From a virus (taxonomy: Duplodnaviria; Heunggongvirae; Uroviricota; Caudoviricetes), in IMG/VR virus record IMGVR_UViG_2778261504_000023, positions 1 to 40,045 of that record: a stretch of DNA of 40,045 bases; one strand, given 5' to 3'. The translations under genes were made by a program, and so were the position numbers. Each line of letters opens with the position of its first letter. Position 1 is the stretch's first letter. A model generated the notes under the pieces. It saw nothing but the letters and a program-made list of their open reading frames with translations, was not told the origin of the DNA and did no database searches. Below, one piece after another: positions 1 to 8,129 of this stretch.

Positions 1-1251
1 GTGCTTACCGATACAAAATTAAAAAACCTCAAGCCGCAGGACAAACTGTACAAGGTCTCCGATCGTGACGGGCTGTATGTAGCTGTGCTTACGTCAGGCA
101 CGGTCTCGTTTCGCTATGACTACCGTATCAACGGTCGCCGTGAAACACTGGTAATCGGGCAGTATGGGCGTGACGGTATCAGCCTGGCAGAAGCGCGAGA
201 AGAACTGATTGCTGCAAAGAAGCTGCTTAAAGCAGGCCAGTCGCCGGCTGCGGCTAAACGTGAAGGTATCAAAAAGATTCGTGGTGCCGAGACGTTTGCG
301 GTACATACCGACAGTTATATGAAACACGTCATCCTGGCTGACAGTACCCGCGCAATGAAGCAGGCGGTGATCGACCGTGACATACTTCCGGTTCTTGGCA
401 ACAAAATGATGACTGAAATTACCACATCGATGGTTCGTGATTTGTGTGACCGGATTGTCGAACGCGGTGGTCGGGCAACAGCAGTACAGGCCAGGGAGAT
501 CATCAGCAGCGTATACCGTCACGCCAATGACCGTGGTCATGGTTTGTTTAATCCTGCGGCTGACATTAAACCTTCGTCTATCGCCATATTTAAACCACGA
601 GAGCGAACACTGACACCAGAAGAAATTGGCCTTTTCTTCCGCACGCTGGATGCCATTGGTGCTATGGGCACTATGAAAATGGCTTTAAAACTGGTGCTTA
701 TCACTATGGTTCGTAAGGGCGAATTCACCAATGCAACGTGGGACGAAATAGATTTTAAAAAATGGACATGGACAATTCCTTCAGACCGCATGAAGGGAAG
801 CCGGGCGCACGTTATTTACCTGCCTAAACAGGCACATGATATATTGGTCGGGTTGCAGATGTGTGCTGGTGGAAGTGAATATCTGGTTCCTGGTCGTTAC
901 AACTTCCGGAAGCCATTATCTAATGCCGCGCTGAACTCTCTGATCGACAGAACGGTGAAAATAATAAATGAAGATGGTGAGCATATTCAGGACTTCACTG
1001 TACATGATATGCGCCGTACAGCCAGTACGTTGTTGCATGAAGCTGGTTATCCTTCAGACTGGATTGAAAAGGCTTTGGCACATGAGCAGAAAGGTGTGCG
1101 CGCCGTATATAACAAAGCGGAATACGCCAGACAGCGCGCCTACATGTTGCAGCAGTGGGCCGATATGATTGATTCCTGGATTAACGGGGAGCATACGGAT
1201 CTGATTCCGTTCTCCCCGTCGAAGTTTGAGAAGTGGATGGCGGGGGAATAA
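1..1251 (+). CDS. int: Tyrosine integrase, P4-type phage integrase; GTG at window position 1, so one or two N-terminal codons may lie off-window
   Basis: 416 aa ORF; N-terminus LTDTKLKNLKP..DKLYKVSDRDGLYV..G..SFRYDYRINGRRETLVIGQYG matches the N-terminal arm-binding domain pattern of P4-like integrases; C-terminal catalytic region with HxxR-like (HDMRRTASTLL) and terminal Tyr region. Confidence 0.85.
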   Translation: MLTDTKLKNLKPQDKLYKVSDRDGLYVAVLTSGTVSFRYDYRINGRRETLVIGQYGRDGISLAEAREELIAAKKLLKAGQSPAAAKREGIKKIRGAETFAVHTDSYMKHVILADSTRAMKQAVIDRDILPVLGNKMMTEITTSMVRDLCDRIVERGGRATAVQAREIISSVYRHANDRGHGLFNPAADIKPSSIAIFKPRERTLTPEEIGLFFRTLDAIGAMGTMKMALKLVLITMVRKGEFTNATWDEIDFKKWTWTIPSDRMKGSRAHVIYLPKQAHDILVGLQMCAGGSEYLVPGRYNFRKPLSNAALNSLIDRTVKIINEDGEHIQDFTVHDMRRTASTLLHEAGYPSDWIEKALAHEQKGVRAVYNKAEYARQRAYMLQQWADMIDSWINGEHTDLIPFSPSKFEKWMAGE

Positions 1252-1254
1252 CGT

Positions 1255-1449
1255 TTAATTATTCTGCTGATTTTCTTCCATCTCGGCTTCTGCTGCCAGT
1301 GATTCAATTTTATCTGCGAATATTGCTGACAGTGTTGCAAATTCAGCATCAGTGACAGCGGGAATTGGAACAAACCTGATCCCGCTGTGTGCAAGCATGT
1401 TTGCAGTTTCAAGGCATTTCCTTAAATCTGCTGGTGATGCCCTGTTCAT
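1255..1449 (-). CDS. Hypothetical small protein (about 64 aa)
   Basis: Internal ATG at 1449 overlaps the stop of the upstream methyltransferase gene (ATGA coupling); longer ORF 1255..1569 would overlap the methyltransferase; no recognisable motif. Confidence 0.35.
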   Translation of the reverse strand: MNRASPADLRKCLETANMLAHSGIRFVPIPAVTDAEFATLSAIFADKIESLAAEAEMEENQQNN

Positions 1450-2096
1450 GCAGCACGCTCCCGCCCCTGGTTGTCTGTTGGTGACAGCGGAGCATTGCTG
1501 AATGCATTTGTTAATCCGCCAATATCCAACGCGTATCCATGGTGTAGTTGTACTGCCGGGTCTTCGCACTGATTACCCCAAACATCGAAGCCATGAGACG
1601 ACTGGCGGGCGAACAGTTCAATGCGAGAAACATCGCCTAACAATTGCACAAGTTTTTCACGAACGACATCTGGTTTTCTTGAATGCTCAAGCCGCGGTGC
1701 GGTAAATGACTGAACGATCCCTGCATTAATGCGCGTAGGTAGTTTTCCCTTTACCGCAAACAGGCAATCTTCACTATTGGCGCGAGTCATGTGTCCCATA
1801 CCCATAACCAGTTTATCTGGTTGTCGACTACCACATTTTATCCACGTGAAGCCCTTCATGGTCATCAGACGGAATCCCCAGGCTTCAACAACTTTTAGTG
1901 CTTCGAGTGGTTGTGTTGGCACCCACCACATGGCCAACAGACAGTTTTTATCGGCCAAGTCCCACACAGGAAGGCGGCAGATATCCAGCACACTCATAAC
2001 CGGATATTTAAAACCTGCACCGCGATTACCATCTGCGGCTTTGTCCCGGTATACCCAGGGTGGATCTGCATAGATTAGTGTGTATTTCTTATTCAT
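1446..2096 (-). CDS. DNA N6-adenine methyltransferase, MT-A70 family
   Basis: MNKKYTLIYADPPW... with DPPW catalytic motif near N-terminus; ATG at 2096 preceded by GGGGTGG; upstream ORF stop overlaps this start. Confidence 0.75.
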   Translation of the reverse strand: MNKKYTLIYADPPWVYRDKAADGNRGAGFKYPVMSVLDICRLPVWDLADKNCLLAMWWVPTQPLEALKVVEAWGFRLMTMKGFTWIKCGSRQPDKLVMGMGHMTRANSEDCLFAVKGKLPTRINAGIVQSFTAPRLEHSRKPDVVREKLVQLLGDVSRIELFARQSSHGFDVWGNQCEDPAVQLHHGYALDIGGLTNAFSNAPLSPTDNQGRERAA

Positions 2097-2277
2097 AAAC
2101 CACCCCACAACATCCTATGCCGCTATAGTCGCCACGGCGAAGGCCGTTACCTTTTGTGATACATTGGTCCCTGCGAACCGCGATCCTTGCACGCTCAACA
2201 TCACCAGAAGCAACATCCATACACTGAAGCCAAAGGTGGGTGGCAATGCGGAACTGCCCTTTTTTTCTCTCTTTCAA
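2089..2277 (-). CDS. Hypothetical protein (TTG start in ORF track); possibly the 3' part of a gene split at an A7 homopolymer
   Basis: ORF ends with TAA overlapping the methyltransferase start (ATGAATAA), suggesting translational coupling; an overlapping ORF in another frame (2201..2389) abuts a run of 7 A (coding strand) at 2260..2266. Confidence 0.25.
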   Translation of the reverse strand: MKERKKGQFRIATHLWLQCMDVASGDVERARIAVRRDQCITKGNGLRRGDYSGIGCCGVVYE

Positions 2278-2498
2278 TCGCGCGTTTTTCGATCTCTATC
2301 GCCGCAGGAGTAACGGCAACAACCTTTGAAGGGCTGCGCATTGAAACCTTATTCATGTGATATTTTTCAAGTCGGCTTAACTTTCTCACTTAATCCAACC
2401 CTCTCTGAAAATTAATGCCAGCAGATAAAGCCATGCTGAAACAGAGGCCAGGAATAAGTACCATCCTGACCATTTGCTCCAGTGCCTTAGCAGCGCAC

Positions 2499-2747
2499 TC
2501 ATGCAGCGTTGCTCACGGGACGATATACACGTTGCTGAACAGGAGGTTTTTTACCCTGGAACTCTGCCGGGCTTGCTGCTTGACGTTCATCAAGCCAACG
2601 CTCAACTTCGTCACGGTTCCATGCGCAGCGTTTATCGGTGATATACCAGCGTTTAGGAAATTCCCCTGCGCGCTCCATACGGTCGATAGTGCTCCATGAC
2701 AGTGGCACCACCGCCAGGAGTTCCTTCTTACCTAATGCACCTTTCAT
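2499..2747 (-). CDS. AlpA-family DNA-binding protein (prophage regulator / excisionase-like)
   Basis: LLAVVPLSWSTIDRMERAGEFPKRWYITDKRCAWNRDEVERWLDE resembles AlpA/Xis-type winged-helix proteins of P4-like prophages. Confidence 0.7.
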   Translation of the reverse strand: MKGALGKKELLAVVPLSWSTIDRMERAGEFPKRWYITDKRCAWNRDEVERWLDERQAASPAEFQGKKPPVQQRVYRPVSNAA

Positions 2748-2796
2748 AAATACCTCTCTTGGTTGCAGTGCGGCGCGCGTGGCGCCGCGGTGGTGG

Positions 2797-3678
2797 TTAC
2801 ATAGATGTTTCGTTTAATTCTTCCCGACGAACGCTGTAAACGTCGGTGGCTTTTGCCAGCAGTTCGTCATCATCTGAAAGTTTTTGTGCAATGTATTTGT
2901 AAGCCTTATCCAGTTCGGAGACAGTGCTGTAATTCATCGCTGCGCTGGTAAAGGCCATCAGCATTTCTTCTGGATCACGGCTATCCGCTTTACGCGTTTG
3001 CTCATCAGGCTTTTTCACTGTTTTAGCGTTGATCAGACTATTCATTCCCGCAGCCGTAGTTGTTTGCGGAGTAATGTCTCGCTCAACGCGCGGTGCCGTT
3101 TCCTGTAATTCGTCAGGGGTGTAAACACCGAGAAGTACATCAGGAGCGTGCAGGCGAGCCCATCGTTTCGTGCAAAGATAGGCAAGCTGCTGGCGCGGAT
3201 CCTGCTCCCACAATGGAGAGTTACGCACTCCGGCTTGCGCCATACTGATGGTAAGCTCACGGGGTTCTGCTTCTCCTTTAAGAACTGCTGACACAGTTAC
3301 CGTCAGATTCGGTGATTTATCTGTTTTGCCGTTAACATTCGACCAGTCACCGCTCCAGCGATAATTCAGGCGTGTCGCTAGCAGGCTGGAAGAGGATACG
3401 ACCGCGTTTACCAACTGTGCTTCGTAGCCTAACGTTCCGTTTACCACATGCGTTTTCTGCGCCACGGCGAAAGGGTTCATTCCCCATTGTGCCGCCTGCA
3501 TGGTCACCGCCAGACAATCGGAAGGTTTGCCTTCAAGATGTTTCGGTACAGTCGCTTTGCTTTGTGACATCAACTCCGCGAAACGCACCAGTTGATTCAT
3601 GCCCTCCGGGTTGAAGATTGCCGCAGCAGTACCTACAGTTGCGCCTGGTTGTGATGTGATTGCGATATCATTGCTCAT
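2797..3678 (-). CDS. recT: RecT-family single-strand annealing recombinase
   Basis: 293 aa; conserved RecT-like core (QAAQWGMNPFAVAQKTHVVNG...YRWSGDW); start overlaps stop of upstream exonuclease gene. Confidence 0.8.
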   Translation of the reverse strand: MSNDIAITSQPGATVGTAAAIFNPEGMNQLVRFAELMSQSKATVPKHLEGKPSDCLAVTMQAAQWGMNPFAVAQKTHVVNGTLGYEAQLVNAVVSSSSLLATRLNYRWSGDWSNVNGKTDKSPNLTVTVSAVLKGEAEPRELTISMAQAGVRNSPLWEQDPRQQLAYLCTKRWARLHAPDVLLGVYTPDELQETAPRVERDITPQTTTAAGMNSLINAKTVKKPDEQTRKADSRDPEEMLMAFTSAAMNYSTVSELDKAYKYIAQKLSDDDELLAKATDVYSVRREELNETSM

Positions 3679-4496
3679 ACGTACATATCCTGTTTACGTG
3701 CCCAGTCAGGGCGTTTAATAATTTCCACGCCGCCCCATTCATCATTGATGCGGCATTCGTGATAGGTATTCAGATCCCGGCGGAACAGAGCGTGCCCGGC
3801 ATCGACATCCGGCGCATCCAGCTCGAACACGCGTACCGGATACCGACCACAATCAATGCTTTCGCTCACGGCAAGAAAGAAAAAACCATGCGACTGACCA
3901 GTAACCCTCATCGCTCCTTCGCGGTACATTGCGTCCTGCACGTGGTAGCGGAATTCCTCGATGTGGCGTGCAAAACGGTCCATATCTGCAACCTTTTTCA
4001 CGTCGACGATCACGTTGTGCTCGTTCAGCCATTTGTCTGGACGAATGCGGCACAACTCACCAGTCTCTTCATCATTCCAGTACATTGATGCTTCGCAGTA
4101 ACCAGGTGCTTCCAGCATCCAGCGTGCCGCCGGGTGAGCCATTGCGCTATCACGCATCAGCTCCAGTTTCCGCCACTGCTCGGCATCAAGTACCGTAATC
4201 CCCATATCCGCTACATCACGAAGAAATGCTTCTTCGTCAGCTTTACCTTGTTTCGTCCGACGATCGAACTTCGGTGAAACAATGAAGCGTTTGTCGAATT
4301 CTCCAGGCTCCAGAAGCAGACAGTGCAATGCGGTTCCCATATCCAGTGCAGACTTTTTCTCTTCGTCTTCTGGTGCTGCCTGAACCCATTTAAGAAGCGC
4401 CGGATTCTTGGCAACCATGTCCAGTTGCGACTTACTCACGCCGTCACCGGCGTGGTAGTCTTCGTTGCTGATGTCGAAATAAATTCCCGGTTTCAT
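3675..4496 (-). CDS. RecE-like / PD-(D/E)XK exonuclease, partner of RecT
   Basis: 273 aa; position immediately upstream of recT with overlapping stop/start; acidic and Lys residues consistent with PD-(D/E)XK fold (IVDVKK); typical RecET module arrangement. Confidence 0.65.
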   Translation of the reverse strand: MKPGIYFDISNEDYHAGDGVSKSQLDMVAKNPALLKWVQAAPEDEEKKSALDMGTALHCLLLEPGEFDKRFIVSPKFDRRTKQGKADEEAFLRDVADMGITVLDAEQWRKLELMRDSAMAHPAARWMLEAPGYCEASMYWNDEETGELCRIRPDKWLNEHNVIVDVKKVADMDRFARHIEEFRYHVQDAMYREGAMRVTGQSHGFFFLAVSESIDCGRYPVRVFELDAPDVDAGHALFRRDLNTYHECRINDEWGGVEIIKRPDWARKQDMYV

Positions 4497-4792
4497 GCCG
4501 CTTCCCTCTGCCCATCAATCCGATCCGCCAGATCCCAGCGGGCGATAATTGCCATTGCCTCGCGCCGGTAGGCATCCATCAGTTCTTCGAACTCAGGGCT
4601 GTCTTTAGCTGCCTCCAGCACTTCCTGACGAACGCCTTTGCCTGTTACAACGTCGAAAGTTGAGGACAGTTGATGAAGTCGGATGCTCTCAATCAGTTCA
4701 ACTTGTCGGTCATATAGCTGTTCTGACAGGCGGTAGTCCTTGTCGAATGCCAGCATGATTTTTTGAAGATTTTTCTGCTGATTAACGTTCAT
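4493..4792 (-). CDS. Hypothetical protein (99 aa)
   Basis: ATG at 4792 preceded by GGAGGG SD; stop overlaps exonuclease start. Confidence 0.5.
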   Translation of the reverse strand: MNVNQQKNLQKIMLAFDKDYRLSEQLYDRQVELIESIRLHQLSSTFDVVTGKGVRQEVLEAAKDSPEFEELMDAYRREAMAIIARWDLADRIDGQREAA

Positions 4793-4794
4793 TA

Positions 4795-4947
4795 TCAGCC
4801 CTCCCATATCTCGTTATCGTTGGCTACATCGCGAGCTTCTTTGCTGACGAAAGCCCACTTAATGCCTTCCTGTAAGGTGCGGAACTTCCAGCTCATGAAT
4901 CCGCATGCAGTAACGCAGTACCAACCGTTGATGATTTTCCACTGCAT
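4795..4947 (-). CDS. Hypothetical small protein (50 aa), first gene of leftward early operon
   Basis: Not in ORF track (under 60 aa); ATG at 4947 preceded by GAGGT SD; translation MQWKIINGWYCVTACGFMSWKFRTLQEGIKWAFVSKEARDVANDNEIWEG; stop 2 nt before next start. Confidence 0.4.
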   Translation of the reverse strand: MQWKIINGWYCVTACGFMSWKFRTLQEGIKWAFVSKEARDVANDNEIWEG

Positions 4948-4966
4948 AACTTGTTACCTCGGTCTG

Positions 4967-5045
4967 TTACCTTTTTAGGTAATAATTATGCTTATTTGGT
5001 TTGGTGTCAATAGATATGAGTTAAAAAAAATTACCCGTAAGGTAA
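4967..5045. promoter_or_regulatory. Leftward operator/promoter region (OL-like) with two palindromic sites
   Basis: TTACCTTTTTAGGTAA at 4967..4982 and TTACCCGTAAGGTAA at 5031..5045, between repressor 3' end and start of leftward early operon. Confidence 0.6.
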
Positions 5046-5063
5046 TCTATCTGGCAATAAAAA

Positions 5064-5081
5064 AGCCGCCATGAGGCGGCT
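5064..5081 (-). terminator. Rho-independent terminator downstream of repressor gene (minus strand)
   Basis: Hairpin AGCCGCC-atgag-GCGGCT with run of A on plus strand (U-run on minus) at 5057..5063. Confidence 0.65.
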
Positions 5082-5102
5082 TACTTGCTGAAAACTATAG
5101 TT

Positions 5103-5687
5103 TTATTGTTTGCTTTTTTCGTTCTGGTTGATGACAAATTCAATGTAACTTTCGATCTTTGCTTTCTCTGTTTCAGGTAACAATGCGTAGCGCGAGCGGT
5201 CATAGTTGATAGTTGCAGGGTCGTGCGGGTGAATCAGTAATTCATAGCCGTGACGCCCGAATGCGGATGCAACATTCTCCAGGGTGGAAATGGAAACGCT
5301 GACCTCATTGTTTAACAGGCGGCTGATTGTCACCTGGGCTACGCCGGATGCGCGGTGAAGTTTTCCCTGTGTTGAAAGGTCTCGGCTTTCGCTCATCCAG
5401 CGTTCCAGGTTGTGAGCCGCCAGCTGGCCAATGTCGCTTGGGCCGACAGGCTGAAAACCTTCCTGAGAAAGCGAGCGATCGATATCAAGCCAGTTACGGG
5501 GTTTATTGGCGGCAGCTTCAATTTTTCGTGCAACCTGGTCGCCGATAACCTTCTTGCCAAGAGCCCAGCGGTTTACCAGATTTGCCTGAGTTCCAAGTTT
5601 TTCTGCCATCCGCGTCTGAACACCATTGAATTCACGGTCGATCAAGTCGTTGAGATTTTGCCTGCGGACGTCCTGGATACTTTTCAT
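5103..5687 (-). CDS. Prophage repressor, CI-like but lacking a recognisable S24 autocleavage domain (two HTH-like segments)
   Basis: 194 aa; HTH-like segments QTRMAEKLGTQANLVNRWALGKK and ASGVAQVTISRLLNNEVSVSISTL; divergent from cro-like gene with operator palindromes between; no GDSM/Ala-Gly-Ser-Lys cleavage motifs seen. Confidence 0.6.
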   Translation of the reverse strand: MKSIQDVRRQNLNDLIDREFNGVQTRMAEKLGTQANLVNRWALGKKVIGDQVARKIEAAANKPRNWLDIDRSLSQEGFQPVGPSDIGQLAAHNLERWMSESRDLSTQGKLHRASGVAQVTISRLLNNEVSVSISTLENVASAFGRHGYELLIHPHDPATINYDRSRYALLPETEKAKIESYIEFVINQNEKSKQ

Positions 5688-5742
5688 TTTCTGGAAAATC
5701 GCCTCATATATGAATCAGTAGATGATTCAATTTAAAGCAATA

Positions 5743-5805
5743 TTACCCAACAGGTAAATGCACCCCATAGGTAACTATCCTTGATTTTTGTTACCTTATG
5801 GGTGA
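5743..5805. promoter_or_regulatory. Rightward operator/promoter region (OR-like) with three palindromic sites overlapping putative PR
   Basis: TTACCCAACAGGTAA 5743..5757; GCACCCCATAGGTAA 5760..5774; TTACCTTATGGGTGA 5791..5805; putative -35 TTGATT 5781..5786 and -10 GAATAT 5804..5809 with 17-bp spacer. Confidence 0.6.
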
Positions 5806-5841
5806 ATATTTATTATCTGAAATAAATATCAGGAAATAGCT

Positions 5842-6072
5842 ATGAGCGATAACGGACATTTCGATTTCAAAAAGCACTGGCTTGCACTTACTCCGGATGA
5901 GCGTGAAGCCTTCGCACAGGAAGCCGGAACGACGAGTCACTATATCCAGACTCACTTAACAGGTAAGCGCAAAATGCCAGGTAAGGTATTGATGAATGGG
6001 CTTTTTAAAGCCTGTAAAACAAGACAATGGCTGCGCTCAAAAGCAGAACTGGCATACTTCTTCTACTCATGA
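5842..6072 (+). CDS. Cro-like HTH regulator
   Basis: 76 aa; HTH-like AFAQEAGTTSHYIQTHLTGKRK; first gene of rightward operon divergent from repressor. Confidence 0.5.
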   Translation: MSDNGHFDFKKHWLALTPDEREAFAQEAGTTSHYIQTHLTGKRKMPGKVLMNGLFKACKTRQWLRSKAELAYFFYS

Positions 6073-6093
6073 TATCCAGCCACAACCCTCTGT

Positions 6094-6118
6094 AGACCGT
6101 CATCCGGCGGTCTTTTCA
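6094..6118 (+). terminator. Putative intrinsic terminator after cro-like gene (tR1-like)
   Basis: Hairpin AGACCG-N8-CGGTCT followed by TTTTC. Confidence 0.45.
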
Positions 6119-6222
6119 TATCTATTCGCACCTCAAAGGTAATAAAAAACCAAATCTGGTTGATCTTTTTTTTGTGTCAGCACAAAATAACCGTAATCCC
6201 AATACTAATAACAGGGCTTACC

Positions 6223-6423
6223 ATGGAAATCATTACACGTATTGATGCCGCAAAGCGCGGACTTAAACGCTACTACACCGGAAAACCATGTAAGCACGGA
6301 CATGACAGTGAACGCTGGGTTTACAACGGACACTGTGTTGAGTGCACCATGGAATCAAACCGTCGCATCAGGGCAGAGATTAAGCAGATCATGATTAATT
6401 CCTCCCCACAACATTCAAGCTGA
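6223..6423 (+). CDS. Hypothetical Cys/His-rich protein at the cII position
   Basis: 66 aa from ATG 6223; CKHGH...HCVEC motif; weak SD; start in ORF track (6160) unlikely. Confidence 0.35.
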   Translation: MEIITRIDAAKRGLKRYYTGKPCKHGHDSERWVYNGHCVECTMESNRRIRAEIKQIMINSSPQHSS

Positions 6424-6438
6424 TAGCGGAGATTAATC

Positions 6439-7230
6439 ATGAGCAGACATGCAACAGATTGGGCCTGGGAGACAGATCCAGGTAGCTCGTCATTAAAGCT
6501 CATACTGCTCTCGATGGCTGACAGAGCCGATGAATATAACCTCTGCTACCCCAGCATAGAACGCCTCGTTAAAGACACTTGCCTGAATAAAAAAACCGTG
6601 CAGGCCGGGCTTATATCGCTCATGAAAATGGGGCTTATTTCAGATACCGGAGAGAGAAAGGGAGCGACGAAAAGAGTGCGGGTTTTCTCTCTTAATATAA
6701 CCAAAAAAGGGAACATTAAAGGCAACCTAGAAGGACGTAATGAACCCGAAAACGGTAATGTTCCCGAAAACGGGAATATACCCAAAAACGGGATGTTGAA
6801 TGATCCCAAAAACGGGATCCAGAACCAGTCATATAACCAGTCATTTAACCAAGAGAGGGAGAGCAGGACAAAAAGCGGAGATTCTGTGCCTCATGACCCC
6901 GGCGCAAACAACGCCGTGATGAATAACTTTGTTCCTCCTGGTGGGCCAGGGCAATTAGGCAAATTTGTCATGCATGAACAATGGCAGCCATCAGATGACT
7001 TTCTTCGGAAAAGCTCATTGCAGGGAATCTACCTGGACAGTCTGCCAACGGCACAGGAACTTGCAGAGTTCAGAATTTACTGGATGGCTGAGGGTAAGGC
7101 ATACCATCAGGCACAGTGGGAGCAGAAGCTGGCAAGGCGGCTGCAGATTAGCAGACAGAAGCAATCAACATTACCTGATAACAACGTTCCGCACTGGAAC
7201 AGCCCTGAAGCATGGGAGGATTTCTTGTGA
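6439..7230 (+). CDS. Replication initiator, lambda O-like (winged-helix N-terminus, internal iteron-encoded repeat)
   Basis: 263 aa; N-terminal DNA-binding-like region; coding repeat PENGNVPENGNIPKNG corresponds to DNA iterons; followed by a P-like gene with overlapping stop/start. Confidence 0.65.
   Translation: MSRHATDWAWETDPGSSSLKLILLSMADRADEYNLCYPSIERLVKDTCLNKKTVQAGLISLMKMGLISDTGERKGATKRVRVFSLNITKKGNIKGNLEGRNEPENGNVPENGNIPKNGMLNDPKNGIQNQSYNQSFNQERESRTKSGDSVPHDPGANNAVMNNFVPPGGPGQLGKFVMHEQWQPSDDFLRKSSLQGIYLDSLPTAQELAEFRIYWMAEGKAYHQAQWEQKLARRLQISRQKQSTLPDNNVPHWNSPEAWEDFL
6744..6819. repeat. Four iterons (putative replication origin) inside O-like gene
   Basis: ACCCGAAAACGGTAAT 6744, TCCCGAAAACGGGAAT 6762, ACCCAAAAACGGGATG 6780, TCCCAAAAACGGGATC 6804; spacing 18,18,24 bp; each with inverted symmetry CCC-N6-GGG; followed by AACCAGTCAT direct repeat. 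Confidence 0.7.
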
Positions 7231-8012
7231 ACAACGTTTTTACCGCGATACAAAACCGTGACGGAGAAGCCCTTTCTCGCATGTCAGGTTATGAGCATCA
7301 GTACACCAACAATGACAACGTGGTGAACATGTCAGCAGAGAGGCTTGTTGATGCCCTTTTCAAACAGCTGAAACAACTGTTTCCGGCGGCAGTGGTAACC
7401 AACCTGAAGACGCCAGAGCAGGAAGTTGCTGCAAAACAGCAGTGGATTGCTGCGTTTGCCGAAGGGGGGATCCGAACCCGTGAACAGGTTTCTGCTGGTA
7501 TGCGCCACGCCCGCGCCAGTGAATCTCCGTTCTGGCCGTCGCCAGGGCAATTCATCAAGTGGTGTAAAGACAGCAAGATGGTTCTTGGCATCACCATTGA
7601 CGATGTGATGGCGGAGTTTCACCGGTACAGCAAGGAAAAAAGTTTATATCCTGGTGGTCCGGAAAGATTCCCGTGGCGACATCCGGTTATGTACTGGGTA
7701 GTATGTGATACCCGCCGTGCAATGTATCAGCGCCAGCTTAGCGAGATTGAGGTTGAGAAACACGCGCGCAGGCTGCTCGATGATTGGGCGAAAAAGGTGG
7801 CTTCCGGACAGCAGATACCCGATCCGGTGATCAGCATACAGGCAAAGCCAGAACCCATGAGTACGCCTCCGGACACAGGGAGAGACGTTTACCATCCACC
7901 AGGGCGAAGTTTCGGGTGCATGCCTAACGCCGCCACCCTGGGGGGAATAACACCGGCGCAGTGGCTGATGGAGGAATACAGGCGGGGAAAGGCGGCAGGA
8001 TTTATCAAGTAA
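7227..8012 (+). CDS. Replication protein P-like (lambda P family, helicase loader)
   Basis: Strong resemblance to lambda P in recalled motifs: QQWIAAFAEGGIRTREQVSAGMRHA and FWPSPGQFIKWCK versus lambda P RQWVLAFRENGITTMEQVNAGMR and FLPSPGQFVAWC; GTG at 7227 with GGGAGG SD (ORF track start 7212 also possible). Confidence 0.8.
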   Translation: MNNVFTAIQNRDGEALSRMSGYEHQYTNNDNVVNMSAERLVDALFKQLKQLFPAAVVTNLKTPEQEVAAKQQWIAAFAEGGIRTREQVSAGMRHARASESPFWPSPGQFIKWCKDSKMVLGITIDDVMAEFHRYSKEKSLYPGGPERFPWRHPVMYWVVCDTRRAMYQRQLSEIEVEKHARRLLDDWAKKVASGQQIPDPVISIQAKPEPMSTPPDTGRDVYHPPGRSFGCMPNAATLGGITPAQWLMEEYRRGKAAGFIK

Positions 8013-8049
8013 TACCAGCGCGATAGCGCATTTTTTTACGCCCACATAA

Positions 8050-8111
8050 TTACCTTGAGGGTAATAAAATGTTCTAATTTCTATTGATTTCATATCTTAT
8101 GTGGTTTTTAA
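8050..8111 (+). promoter_or_regulatory. Putative promoter module: palindrome TTACCTTGAGGGTAA plus downstream TATGTGGTTTTTAA
   Basis: Palindrome 8050..8064; 14-mer TATGTGGTTTTTAA 8098..8111 identical to copy at 33612..33625; upstream of gene at 8130. Confidence 0.5.
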
Positions 8112-8129
8112 TTACCTCAGGAGTAAATC

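Noticed and set aside
2201-2389. 62-aa ORF as an independent gene
   Set aside because: No clear start context; more plausibly the 5' part of a frameshifted gene or non-coding (see A7 tract finding)
6965-7261. 98-aa alternative-frame ORF inside the O-like gene
   Set aside because: Embedded in a better-supported gene in another frame; Arg/His/Cys-rich composition typical of out-of-frame translation
8112-8126. Palindrome variant TTACCTCAGGAGTAA
   Set aside because: Overlaps the SD (AGGAGT) of the gene at 8130 and has a mismatched half-site; probably fortuitous rather than a separate operator
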